Shown piece by piece: positions 21,220-30,444 of a DNA stretch of 46,397 nucleotides (its first letter is position 1; every line of letters starts with the position of its first letter). The position numbers and the translations under genes were made by a program. The stretch spans positions 1 through 46,397 of the forward strand of contig JBFGLM010000038.1 of NCBI GenBank assembly GCA_041576165.1, read 5' to 3'. Below the pieces are notes generated by a model. It did no database searches and was not told the origin of the DNA. It worked only from the letters and a program-made list of their open reading frames with translations. The DNA comes from Acidimicrobiia bacterium. GTDB lineage: Bacteria > Actinomycetota > Acidimicrobiia > Spongiisociales > Spongiisociaceae.

Positions 21220-21674
21220 GACTGCAGCTCCCGTAATGGCCGATGCTGCCACGAACCCTGCGGCTCAAACCAGATAGATCGTTCGCCGTCTTCGCCCACG
21301 ATCATCCGAATACGCAAATGGTCGTCCGGCACGAGCCCGGCGATGGCATCGCCCCATTCGATCGCCAGGATCGCGTCGCGGCTCGAGGTCAGCAGGTCGA
21401 GGTCCTCGAACTCGCCCGTGGACCCAAGCCGGTACGCGTCGGCATGCACCAGCGGGACGAAGCCGCTGTCATACCGCTTGACCAATACGAACGTCGGGCT
21501 CGTGATGGTGTCCTCGATGCCCAAGCCCTCGGCGATGCCGCTCACGAGCGCCGTCTTGCCTGCTCCGAGCTCACCGATCAGCAGGACGACGTCGCCCGGT
21601 CGCAGCATGGCCGCCAGTTGGCGTCCTGCCTGGTACGTGTCGGCGACAGAGCGTGAGGCGAATGTGATCATCAT
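21216..21674 (-). CDS. tsaE: t6A biosynthesis ATPase TsaE
   Basis: GELGAGKT, ITSPTFVL, HADAYRL and IEWG motifs. Confidence 0.95.
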   Translation of the reverse strand: MMITFASRSVADTYQAGRQLAAMLRPGDVVLLIGELGAGKTALVSGIAEGLGIEDTITSPTFVLVKRYDSGFVPLVHADAYRLGSTGEFEDLDLLTSSRDAILAIEWGDAIAGLVPDDHLRIRMIVGEDGERSIWFEPQGSWQHRPLRELQS

Positions 21675-21994
21675 GCGGATGACTCGAGGGTCCGCGTCGA
21701 GTCAGGGCGCGAACACACCAGTCCTAGGCACCAGGTCATTACCGAATATTGCAAGCCGTTCCTCCGGCCGCTCTGCCAGGCTTTCCGCGACGTCATCGCG
21801 TCGCAAGCGAGCCCAATCGCATTGCGCCGAACGTCGAGGCACCATCTTATCCGCACCAAATGCGCTCGGGCCGCATGCCCGGTCGGATCCGTCCAACTGA
21901 CCAGATCTCCCGGCTCGGCTCGTCCCAGCATCTCCCTCCAGGGCCGTCGCACGAGTGCCGATAACTGATCGGTCCGACAAGGAGACTCATCGAC

Positions 21995-22816
21995 ATGCGC
22001 CGCACACTGCCCGTGCTGCTGGCACTCGCGCTGCTCTCAGCTGCCTGCCAGGTCCGGTTCGATACCGCCATCACCGTCAACGACGATGAGTCCGGCACGT
22101 TTGCAATCGAGATCGGCCTCGACGAGGAGTTTCGTCAGCTGGCCGCCGAGCAGGGAGGGGGCCAGCTCGACCTGATGGAAGGCGCTGAGGTGCCGCCAGG
22201 CTGGATCGTCGAGGAGTTCGTGGACGGAGAGTTCGAAGGTTCACGGATCGCCGTCGAGTTCAGTAATTTCGCCGACCTCGAAGCGAAGCTGGTGGGGCTC
22301 TCCGAAAGCTCGGCGACCGGAGGTGGAGCGCCCAATGATCTCGTTGAGTCGCTCGATCTGACCCGCAACGGCAACCGGTTCGACTTCCGGGCCGATTTGA
22401 CGGGGATGGATGAGAGTTTCTCCGACATGGCCGGCGGCGACGCCGCCTTCGAGGGGCTCGACCCAGCGCAGTTCCTCGAGTCGCTGTTCCAGGTACGTTT
22501 CCTCGTCACCCTGCCCGGGACCATCGGGGAGCACAACGCTGACCGGGTGGAGGGCAACACACTCATCTGGCGGGTACCGCTCGACGCCCAAGACAGAACG
22601 CTGCGCGCCTCGTCAAGCCTGACGGGATCCGGGCTGGCCGAAATGCTGCCGCTCATCCTGGCCGCAGCTGTGGTTCTGTTGGTCGCCGGAGGCGGGTTCA
22701 TGATCTACCGCCGGCGGGCCGGAGCCGCCTCCTTCCCCGCGCCGGTGCTGGCCGCGTCGCGAGACGCGCAGCCGGTGGATCCGGGTCCTGTCGAGGGCGA
22801 TCCCTTCGCTGGCTGA
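21995..22816 (+). CDS. LppM/DUF3153-like lipoprotein with C-terminal TM helix
   Basis: AAGGAG RBS; lipobox LSAAC; ITVNDDESG and VTLPGTIGEHNAD..EGNTLIW; C-terminal TM followed by RRR. Confidence 0.75.
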   Translation: MRRTLPVLLALALLSAACQVRFDTAITVNDDESGTFAIEIGLDEEFRQLAAEQGGGQLDLMEGAEVPPGWIVEEFVDGEFEGSRIAVEFSNFADLEAKLVGLSESSATGGGAPNDLVESLDLTRNGNRFDFRADLTGMDESFSDMAGGDAAFEGLDPAQFLESLFQVRFLVTLPGTIGEHNADRVEGNTLIWRVPLDAQDRTLRASSSLTGSGLAEMLPLILAAAVVLLVAGGGFMIYRRRAGAASFPAPVLAASRDAQPVDPGPVEGDPFAG

Positions 22817-23650
22817 TCACGATTCCAGCTCGTCGAGCAACACCTGAGCGAGCTGATCGGATGATCCGGGTCGCACCGCGCCCACAATCTGGCGCCTGGT
22901 GATCTCCCGCCCGCGGCGCCAGGCGGCTTGTTCGGCCCCACCGACCGCGGCCGGAAGCACCGTCCAGCCGGCCATCAGCACCGCGAGCTGGCGGAGCACA
23001 GCGGGGTTGCCGCTCTCCCCCACGATCGAGGGGCTGATGCCCCGCCCAGCCAGGGCCCGATCGATCAGCGCTCGGGTGTGGGAGCCCGCCGGGTACAGCA
23101 GCCATGGATCAGCCGCGGTGGGCGTGGTCGATGGTCCATAGACATGGAATGGCTCTGAGCCGAGGGCTCGAGTGTCGAAGCCGACGGCCGGGGCGACGAC
23201 GATGGCCACGTCTGCCTCGAACGCTCGCAGCAACGCGAGGCATGCCCCGGAACCGGCCACGGTGATACGCAGGCGCACCCCGTCGTGGCGCCGGCGAAAC
23301 CGCTCCATTCGCCCGGCGAACAGATAGAGGGCGGCGGCATCGATCATCGCAATCCGGAGGGTGCCGCCGCTGCCCTCCGACCGAGCGCGCAGCCGGTCCG
23401 TTATCTGCGCCGTTTCCCCGAGGACCTGGTTGGCGTACGCAGCCAGCATCCGGCCGGACTCGGTCAGGCGACGCCGTCGGCCGTCCGGTTCGAACAAGAC
23501 GGTGCCGGCGAGATCCTCCAGACGCGCCAAGCCCTGGGACAGCGCGCTCTGGGAGACGCCGACCTGCTCGGCCGCGTCGGAGAAAGAGGCACCGGCGGCG
23601 ACCGCCCGCAGATACCGCAGATGACGGAGGGACAGCGATTCCAGATCCAT
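22817..23650 (-). CDS. LysR family transcriptional regulator
   Basis: LRHLRYL.AVA...SFSDAAEQVGVSQSALSQGLARLE...G..LF HTH, then GTLRI and a substrate-binding domain. Confidence 0.92.
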   Translation of the reverse strand: MDLESLSLRHLRYLRAVAAGASFSDAAEQVGVSQSALSQGLARLEDLAGTVLFEPDGRRRRLTESGRMLAAYANQVLGETAQITDRLRARSEGSGGTLRIAMIDAAALYLFAGRMERFRRRHDGVRLRITVAGSGACLALLRAFEADVAIVVAPAVGFDTRALGSEPFHVYGPSTTPTAADPWLLYPAGSHTRALIDRALAGRGISPSIVGESGNPAVLRQLAVLMAGWTVLPAAVGGAEQAAWRRGREITRRQIVGAVRPGSSDQLAQVLLDELES

Positions 23651-23663
23651 AAGTAAATCTAAT
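23649..23663. promoter_or_regulatory. Putative LysR recognition box (T-N11-A)
   Basis: ATAAG-TAAAT-CTAAT imperfect dyad overlapping the lysR start codon, in an AT-rich divergent promoter. Confidence 0.5.
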
Positions 23664-23741
23664 CATATCTATTCAAACAATTCGCTTGTACAAACATAGG
23701 ACCGGCGCGACGCTGCCCTCACCGAACCGTCAGGAGCGAAA

Positions 23742-24998
23742 GTGCCCAAACTTCGAGTTCTCGTCCCTGGTCTTGGCGCAGTTGCCTCCACCCTCATTGC
23801 CGGGGTGGCATTGGGTAGAAGGGGCCTGGCCGCCCCGTTCGGGGCACTGAGTGAATTCGCCGAGATTGATGGGATCCCTCTGGCCCGGCGGACCGCCAGG
23901 CTGGACGACATCGCGTTCGCAGCGTGGGATCCTTCTGGGCTCGACGGGCTGGCCGCTGCGCACAAAGCCGGAGTGCTCTCGGCTGAACACATCGCCGCAG
24001 CCGCCGATGAACTCGCCGCCGTCCAGCCCATGACCGCCGTCTTCGATCCCCGCTGGGCACGCCGGCTAGGCGACCAGCCACATGTCAAGTCCGGCACCTG
24101 GATGGAACAGGCCGATGAACTGGTCGAGGAGATTCGAAGGTTCCAGTCGGCCGGCGAGCGGGTGGTGATGATCTGGTGCGGCTCAACCGAGGCCCATCGC
24201 GGACCCGGGTGGTGCCATCAGACCGTAGAGGACTTTGAGCGAGCCCTGAAGGACCATCATCCCGACATCGCCCCGAGCCAGGTCTACGCCTACGCGGCGG
24301 TCAAGGCCGGCGTCCCCTACGCCAACGGCGCCCCCAATGTCTCGGCCGAGGTCCCGGCGCTCATCGAGCTGGCCCACCGCACCGGGGTCGCGCTCGCCGG
24401 CAAGGATTTCAAAACGGGCCAGACCCTGCTGAAGACCATCCTTGCCCCCGGCCTGTACGCCCGACGGCTCGGTATCCGGGGATGGTTCTCCACCAACATT
24501 CTCGGCAACCAGGACGGTTTGGTGCTCGACGAACCGGAGAATTTCCGGGCCAAGGAGATCACCAAACTAGGGGTACTCGAGGACATGCTCCGGCCCAACG
24601 AAAACCCGGAGCTCTACGGCGATCTGGACCATCAGGTCACGATCAACTACTACCGCCCGCGGGGCGATCAGAAGGAGGGTTGGGACAACATCGACATCTT
24701 CGGCTGGCTCGGCTACGACATGCAGATCAAGGTTGATTTCCTGTGCCGGGACAGCATCCTGGCCGCCCCGGTGGTGCTGGATCTGGCCCGGTTCCTCGAT
24801 CTCGCCCAGCGGGCCGGGCGGAGCGGCCCCCAAGCGTGGCTGGGTTTCTACTTCAAGTCCCCCATGCCGGAGGTGGACGGCCGGGTGGAACACAACCTCT
24901 TCGCTCAGGAACGAGCCCTGTATACGGCACTCGCCGAACTGATCGAGGGGCCGTCGCCCGCGGCGGCGCCGGCCGAGTCCGGCCATCCGGAGCGCTGA
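23742..24998 (+). CDS. ino1: Inositol-3-phosphate (myo-inositol-1-phosphate) synthase
   Basis: GLGAVASTL Rossmann motif; CGSTE, NGAPN, GKDFKTGQT, WFSTNILGNQDG, YYRPRGDQKEGWD and CRDSILAAPVVLDL motifs. Confidence 0.92.
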   Translation: MPKLRVLVPGLGAVASTLIAGVALGRRGLAAPFGALSEFAEIDGIPLARRTARLDDIAFAAWDPSGLDGLAAAHKAGVLSAEHIAAAADELAAVQPMTAVFDPRWARRLGDQPHVKSGTWMEQADELVEEIRRFQSAGERVVMIWCGSTEAHRGPGWCHQTVEDFERALKDHHPDIAPSQVYAYAAVKAGVPYANGAPNVSAEVPALIELAHRTGVALAGKDFKTGQTLLKTILAPGLYARRLGIRGWFSTNILGNQDGLVLDEPENFRAKEITKLGVLEDMLRPNENPELYGDLDHQVTINYYRPRGDQKEGWDNIDIFGWLGYDMQIKVDFLCRDSILAAPVVLDLARFLDLAQRAGRSGPQAWLGFYFKSPMPEVDGRVEHNLFAQERALYTALAELIEGPSPAAAPAESGHPER

Positions 24999-25096
24999 TC
25001 ATCAGAACCCGACGACTTTCGACCAGTCGCCCGGCGGAGTCGGCCTGGCAGCCCGGGTGGTGAGGCACGGCCCGATCTCACAGTACCCTGCAACGG

Positions 25097-26245
25097 ATGA
25101 TGCATGATCCGGTGATTGCCGACGCCGATGTCCTGCGTCCGACGAAGGTGACCGTCGACCTCGACCGTATCACCGGCAACTATCGAGCCATTGCCGCCCA
25201 CGTGGCGCCGGCCGCCGTGATGCCGATCCTCAAAGCCAACGCCTACGGCCACGGCTTGTTGCCGATTGCCGACCACTTGCAGGCGATCGGAGCCTCCCAG
25301 GTGGGTGTGGCGTACCTGGAGGAAGCGCTCTTGTTGCGCCGGCACGGTATCGAGATGGACCTGATCGTCTTGGGCGGTCTGGCCGGAAACCAGATCCCGC
25401 ATTTCATCGAAGCCAACGTCGTCATCACGGCGTCGTCCATCGACAAGCTGCGCCAGATCGACAGGGTGGCCGGGGCCATGGGCCGGCGAGCACGCGTCCA
25501 CATAAAGATCGATACAGGCATGGGCCGGATCGGCACGCAGTACTACTCGGCCTCCCACTTGTTCGAGGTCTGCACCCAGGTTGAATACACCGACATCGAG
25601 GCGGTCTATTCACACTTCGCGTGCGCCGACGAAGAAGATCTCACCTCAGCGCGGCGTCAGATCGAGCGATTCAACGAGGCGCTGGAGTTCTTTCCCAACC
25701 GGGGCCTGCCGATGCCGGCGCGCCACATGTCCAACTCAGGGGCGATTCTGAACCTCCCCGAGGCGAACTACGAGACGGTGCGCCCGGGCATCATGCTGTA
25801 CGGCGTGTATCCGTCCGAGGTGGTTCCGCACACCGTCAAGGTCGAGCCGGCGCTCCAGTGGACCTCCCAAGTCGTCTATTTCAAGGTGCTCAAGCCCGGC
25901 CACGCGGTGTCCTATGGGTCGACGTGGACCGCCCCCGAGGAGACGCGCATCGTGACGGTGCCGGTGGGCTACGGGGATGGTTATTTCCGGCTTCTGTCCA
26001 ATCGCGGCGAGGTGTCGATCCACGGCCGGCGCTATCCCATCCGGGGTCGGGTGTGCATGGACCAATTCATGGTCGATATCGGGTGGGACTCGGCGTTCAA
26101 CGGGAACGAGGTCGTTCTGATCGGAGGCGAAGGGGCAGGAGCCGTCACGGTCGAGGACGTCGCCCGCTGGGCCGAGACGATTCCCTACGAAATACTCACC
26201 AATATCAACACGCGGGTGCCCCGGGTGTACTCGGGAGGAATCTGA
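25097..26245 (+). CDS. alr: Alanine racemase
   Basis: LKANAYGHG (PLP lysine), HIKIDTGMGRIG, SHFACAD, VRPGIMLYG, VSYG, GYGDG, GRVCMD and TIPYE motifs. Confidence 0.96.
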   Translation: MMHDPVIADADVLRPTKVTVDLDRITGNYRAIAAHVAPAAVMPILKANAYGHGLLPIADHLQAIGASQVGVAYLEEALLLRRHGIEMDLIVLGGLAGNQIPHFIEANVVITASSIDKLRQIDRVAGAMGRRARVHIKIDTGMGRIGTQYYSASHLFEVCTQVEYTDIEAVYSHFACADEEDLTSARRQIERFNEALEFFPNRGLPMPARHMSNSGAILNLPEANYETVRPGIMLYGVYPSEVVPHTVKVEPALQWTSQVVYFKVLKPGHAVSYGSTWTAPEETRIVTVPVGYGDGYFRLLSNRGEVSIHGRRYPIRGRVCMDQFMVDIGWDSAFNGNEVVLIGGEGAGAVTVEDVARWAETIPYEILTNINTRVPRVYSGGI

Positions 26246-26258
26246 CTCCTCTGGAGGG

Positions 26259-27131
26259 TCACGTCCCGACGCGACGCGGTCCGTGCACAGCGATCGCACT
26301 CTTCAGTTCGTGACCAACCATATCCCGCAGCCGGCCGCCGAGATCCAGCAGAGCTCGCAAATCGACGTCGGTTGTGAGGCCGGCATCGTCCAGCATGTGC
26401 ACCAGGTCCTCGGTCGCCAGATTGTCGCCGGCACCTTCCGCGAACGGCGACCCACCGAGGCCGCCGAGCGCGGCATCGAACTTGCGGACGCCCTGGCGGA
26501 TTGCCTCCCACGCGTTGGCGAGAGCGGTCCCCCGGGTGTCGTGGAGGTGTAATCCCACCTCGGTTCCCACCTCATCCAGGATCCGAGCCACCCGGCCCGG
26601 CGTGGCCATGCCGGTGGTGTCGGCCAGCGTGAAGCGGGACACGCCCAGATCGCGGGCCTGGACCATCAGCTTGGGGGTGGTTCTGGTCGGTTCATCACCG
26701 GTGTAGGGAGACCCGAAGACACACGACAGAATGAGGTCGACCGGCAGGCTCCCGGCCTCGGCCACGATCTGTCCCACCTCTTTCATCGACGCATCGATGG
26801 TGCGCCGGACGTTCTTCTCGTTGTACACCGGACAGGCCGAGACGGTGATTGTGAGCGCGTCCATCCCTGCCTCCAACGCAAGTTCCGCCCCGCGGGTATT
26901 GGGCACCAGACCCCAGTAGGTCACGTCCGGAAGGCGGTTCACGGCCGCCATCACCCCGGCCGGATCCGCCATGGCCGGGACCGCATTGGGTGACACGAAC
27001 GACACCGCTTCGATGTCGCGCAGACCGGCACCGGCCAGGCCGTCGATCAGCCCGGCTCGGGCGGTGATCGGCAGCGGCGATTCGACCTGCAGGCCGTCGC
27101 GGGGTCCAACTTCCCGGATGCGTACGCTCAC
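26259..27131 (-). CDS. Hydroxymethylglutaryl-CoA lyase family protein
   Basis: EVGPRDGLQ, SFVSPNAVPAMAD, LADTTG, LHLHDTRG and GGLGGSPFA..AGDNLATEDL motifs. Confidence 0.9.
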   Translation of the reverse strand: MSVRIREVGPRDGLQVESPLPITARAGLIDGLAGAGLRDIEAVSFVSPNAVPAMADPAGVMAAVNRLPDVTYWGLVPNTRGAELALEAGMDALTITVSACPVYNEKNVRRTIDASMKEVGQIVAEAGSLPVDLILSCVFGSPYTGDEPTRTTPKLMVQARDLGVSRFTLADTTGMATPGRVARILDEVGTEVGLHLHDTRGTALANAWEAIRQGVRKFDAALGGLGGSPFAEGAGDNLATEDLVHMLDDAGLTTDVDLRALLDLGGRLRDMVGHELKSAIAVHGPRRVGT

Positions 27132-27202
27132 CGCGCCAGGCTAGACCCACCCGGCGGGCGGCCGTCCATAATGGGCAGCGCCGAGGTGAGGAGCGCTGAT
27201 TC

Positions 27203-28528
27203 ATGGCGGTGGGACCCATTGATGATCCCGCGCTGCGTTCGCAGATTGCGGCCGGGCCGATATACAACCTCTTCGAGCATCGGGCGACCCTGCAGGCGTA
27301 CCTCGACGCCGAAGCGGCCCTTGCCCGGGCCCAGGCCCAGGAAGGGCTCATCCCGGTGGCTGCCGCTGAGGCCATCACCCGGGCGGCGCGGGTCGAGAAT
27401 CTGGATCTCGACCGATATGCAGCCGACGTGTCCCGCCTGCACTATCCGATCGCACCCCTGGTCGATCAACTGGTGGAGATCGTGCCGGACGGCCTCGGCG
27501 AGTGGGCGCACTGGGGGGCCACAACGCAGGACATCGTCGATACGGGCCGGGTACTGCAGATGAAGGCTGCGTTCGACGTGATCGACGGAAGGCTCCGAGA
27601 CCTCGGCGTCCGCCTCAAAGAACTGGCGGACCGGTATCGGGCTACGCCCATGGCGGGACGGAGCATGCTGCAGCACGCGGTCCCGATCCCGTTTGGATAC
27701 AAAGCCGCCGTGTGGGCGTCGATGCTCGACCGGCAGCTCGACCGGCTGCCGTCCCTACGGTCTGAGATCTTGGTGGCTCAGCTGGGCGGAGCGGCCGGCA
27801 CGCTCGCGGCCATGGGCGACGCCGGCACGCAAGTTCGAGCGGCGTTCGCCCACGAACTCGGTCTGGGAGACCCGGGGATCACGTGGCACACGGCCCGGGA
27901 TCGGGTGGCCGAGACCGTTCACTACCTCGCTCTGGTCTGCGCCTGCTTGGGCAAGATCGGCCTCGATGTCGTACTGCTTGCACAGACAGACGTAGGTGAG
28001 ATGTTCGAGAGCGGATCCGGCGGCTCATCGACGATGCCACACAAACGCAACCCCGTCCGCAGCCAGGTGTTGCTGGTGGCAGCCCGGGTGACACGCCAAC
28101 TGGCCGGCGCGGCGCTGGAGTCCGTGGTGGCCGATCACGAGCGGGGAACTGGCGCGTGGATGACGGAGTGGTGGTCTGCGACCGAGGCGTTCGTCATCTG
28201 CGGTGGGGCGCTGGAGCATTCTGTAGAACTCGTAGCCGGGCTCACCATCGATCCCGAACGCATGGCCGCCAACCTCGAGGCCACGGGCGGCCTGCTGATG
28301 TCCGAAGCAGTCATGATGGCGTTGGCCCCAAAGATTGGCCGCCACGCCGCTCACCGTTTGCTGGACTCCGTGATCCAGTCAGCCGCTGGATCGGATTTCC
28401 GGACTGCGTTGCGGGCGACGCCCGAAATCGGCGAGCACATCGATCTGGACGAGCTGGATCGTGCGCTCGATCCGGCCGCCTACCTAGGGGTCACCGGAGA
28501 CATGATTGGGTTTGTGCTCGATTCGTGA
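27203..28528 (+). CDS. Fumarase/aspartase superfamily lyase (3-carboxy-cis,cis-muconate cycloisomerase or adenylosuccinate lyase-like)
   Basis: EAALARAQA, HWGATTQDIVDT, QLGGAAGTLA, WHTARD and GSSTMPHKRNP motifs; PcaB-like pattern. Confidence 0.85.
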   Translation: MAVGPIDDPALRSQIAAGPIYNLFEHRATLQAYLDAEAALARAQAQEGLIPVAAAEAITRAARVENLDLDRYAADVSRLHYPIAPLVDQLVEIVPDGLGEWAHWGATTQDIVDTGRVLQMKAAFDVIDGRLRDLGVRLKELADRYRATPMAGRSMLQHAVPIPFGYKAAVWASMLDRQLDRLPSLRSEILVAQLGGAAGTLAAMGDAGTQVRAAFAHELGLGDPGITWHTARDRVAETVHYLALVCACLGKIGLDVVLLAQTDVGEMFESGSGGSSTMPHKRNPVRSQVLLVAARVTRQLAGAALESVVADHERGTGAWMTEWWSATEAFVICGGALEHSVELVAGLTIDPERMAANLEATGGLLMSEAVMMALAPKIGRHAAHRLLDSVIQSAAGSDFRTALRATPEIGEHIDLDELDRALDPAAYLGVTGDMIGFVLDS

Positions 28529-28612
28529 GACCGCAGTGCCGCCCGGCACGCCGGCGCCCCCGGCGGAGGACGGAGAGAGGCCAGGGGCGCGACGCGGAAG
28601 GACGGTCGATGC

Positions 28613-28911
28613 TCACGCAGTCGCCGCGGCCACTCCCGAGCCGTTCGCCGAATTGCGACGGCCCACTCCATTGCCCCAGCCGACGATGATCAGCACCACA
28701 CCGACCGCGGCGGCGGCCAGACCCGACAGGGCGAGCAGCGCACCCGCTACGCGAAGCGGTGCCGGGGCGACACTGGCGGACAGGGTGGCGTCGAACCCGG
28801 CCGTGCCGTCGGCGTTCACGACGATGACCGCTCGGTCGCCCGGTGGAGCTTCCAATCAACGGATGTTCCCTCGGCGGCGGCGACCCAGACTCCGCTTCGG
28901 GAGCTGGACAC
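28613..28911 (-). pseudogene. Frameshifted 3' remnant of an actinobacterial membrane protein gene
   Basis: Frame A reads ...SGVWVAAAEGTSVDW and joins frame B EAPPGDRAVIVVNADGTAGFD...TM helix by sharing G28852. There is no room for a 5' part before the nnr stop. Confidence 0.45.
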
Positions 28912-28927
28912 CTGAGACTGAGCCGTG

Positions 28928-30331
28928 TCAGCGGCGGACAACTTCCGCCACTGTTTCGGCGAGCACGTCGGCGGTGACAACTCGGGTTTGGGCAAGATGG
29001 GCCCCGGCTCTGCCGTGCCAGTACGCGCCGGATCTGGCCGCGGTTGCGCCGTCGAGGCCTCCCGCCCAGAGTGCGGCGATCAGGCCGGCGAGCACATCCC
29101 CGGTTCCGATTGTCGCCAGTTCGGGCCCGCCGCTCGTCACCACCCAGCGCCGGTCCCCCAGCACGAAGGTGGGATTGCCTTTCAGCAGCACTGTGGCCCC
29201 AGTGGCGCCCGCCAGCCCGGCGGCGGCAAGGTAGGAGGCCTCTTCTCCCGTCAACCGCTCGAACTCCCCCGAGTGGGGCGTCAGCACACTTGGACCGCGC
29301 CGTTTGGCTATCGGGCCGGGATCGGCCAGCGCGTTGAGCCCGTCGGCGTCGAGAACTACCGGCCCGTCCCAGCGGTCCAGCAGTTCCGGCACCAGAGAGC
29401 CGGTCTGGCTGCCGAGGCCGGGGCCGATCACGAGCGCGTCAAAGCGCGCGGCCGTGTCCAACACCGCCGAAGCGTCGGCCCCGGTCAGATGCGTGCCGGA
29501 GCCGATGGCCCGGCTCATGATTTCGGGTGAGCGAATTCGCTCTTCGGCCGAAGGCGGCGCGGCGATCATGACCGCGCCCGCCCCGGCGCAGAGCGCCGCC
29601 CGGGCAGCCAGCACGGCAGCACCGTCTATCCCGCTAGAGCCGCCCACGACCAGCACCGACCCTGACGACCACTTGTGTGCCTGGCGGCTCCTGGCGACGA
29701 GAGGAGCGTCTTCTTCCTCGGTCAACCACAGCTCCGGCTCGACGTCCGGCAGACCGATGTCAACCACCGTCACCGGACCACTCAGATCGGGGCCGTCGCC
29801 GATGAGGTGGCCGACCCGCAGACCGTGAAAGGTGACCGTCTGCGATGCGACGAGGGTGCCCGCAACTGCCTGACCGGTCGTCGCCGAGAGGCCGGAGGGC
29901 ACGTCGACGGCGACCACCGGGCCACTGAAAGCGGTCCACGGACCGAGCTCCGGTAGATCGCCTCGAAAACCTCCGCCGAACAAGGCGTCGACCACATAGT
30001 CGGCCGGACGAGGCTCGTCCCACGCGGTCACCGTGGCTCCGGCACGAGCCGCAACCTTCCCGGCCCAGATCGCCGGGTCGCGGCGCGGCGGGGCGAGGGC
30101 GTGGACCGTCACCGCTGCACCCCGGCGTTGTAGATACGCCGCGGCGATGTATCCGTCGCCGCCGTTATTGCCCGGTCCCGCTAGAACCGAGACCCGCGAC
30201 CCGTATCCAGCCCCCATCCCCAGCACGGCGTGGGCGACGGCACATCCTGCGCGATCCATGAGAGTCGTGATTGGCGCGTTGGCAGCCGCGTCTTGCGCGG
30301 CGGATTGTTCGGCGGTCAGAACCGGGCGCAT
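28928..30331 (-). CDS. nnr: Bifunctional NAD(P)H-hydrate epimerase/dehydratase
   Basis: GPGNNGGDG, VDALFG, VDVPSG (YjeF_N); HKW..G, GPGLG, VLDADGL, LTPHSGEF and LATIGTGDVLAG motifs. Confidence 0.95.
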   Translation of the reverse strand: MRPVLTAEQSAAQDAAANAPITTLMDRAGCAVAHAVLGMGAGYGSRVSVLAGPGNNGGDGYIAAAYLQRRGAAVTVHALAPPRRDPAIWAGKVAARAGATVTAWDEPRPADYVVDALFGGGFRGDLPELGPWTAFSGPVVAVDVPSGLSATTGQAVAGTLVASQTVTFHGLRVGHLIGDGPDLSGPVTVVDIGLPDVEPELWLTEEEDAPLVARSRQAHKWSSGSVLVVGGSSGIDGAAVLAARAALCAGAGAVMIAAPPSAEERIRSPEIMSRAIGSGTHLTGADASAVLDTAARFDALVIGPGLGSQTGSLVPELLDRWDGPVVLDADGLNALADPGPIAKRRGPSVLTPHSGEFERLTGEEASYLAAAGLAGATGATVLLKGNPTFVLGDRRWVVTSGGPELATIGTGDVLAGLIAALWAGGLDGATAARSGAYWHGRAGAHLAQTRVVTADVLAETVAEVVRR

Positions 30332-30444
30332 CGACGCAGTCTGGCAGACACCCCAGCCGCGCGACCCTCAGGTAGCTCGGCGTGGACGCCGATACGTTCC
30401 TATCCACGCAACCGACGGTCCCGTGCGGGCCCCAGAGGTGACCA

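Noticed and set aside
21675-21994. Short ORFs in the gap between tsaE and the LppM-like gene
   Set aside because: None has a recognisable motif or clear translation signal. I treated it as a divergent promoter region, although a decayed gene cannot be excluded.
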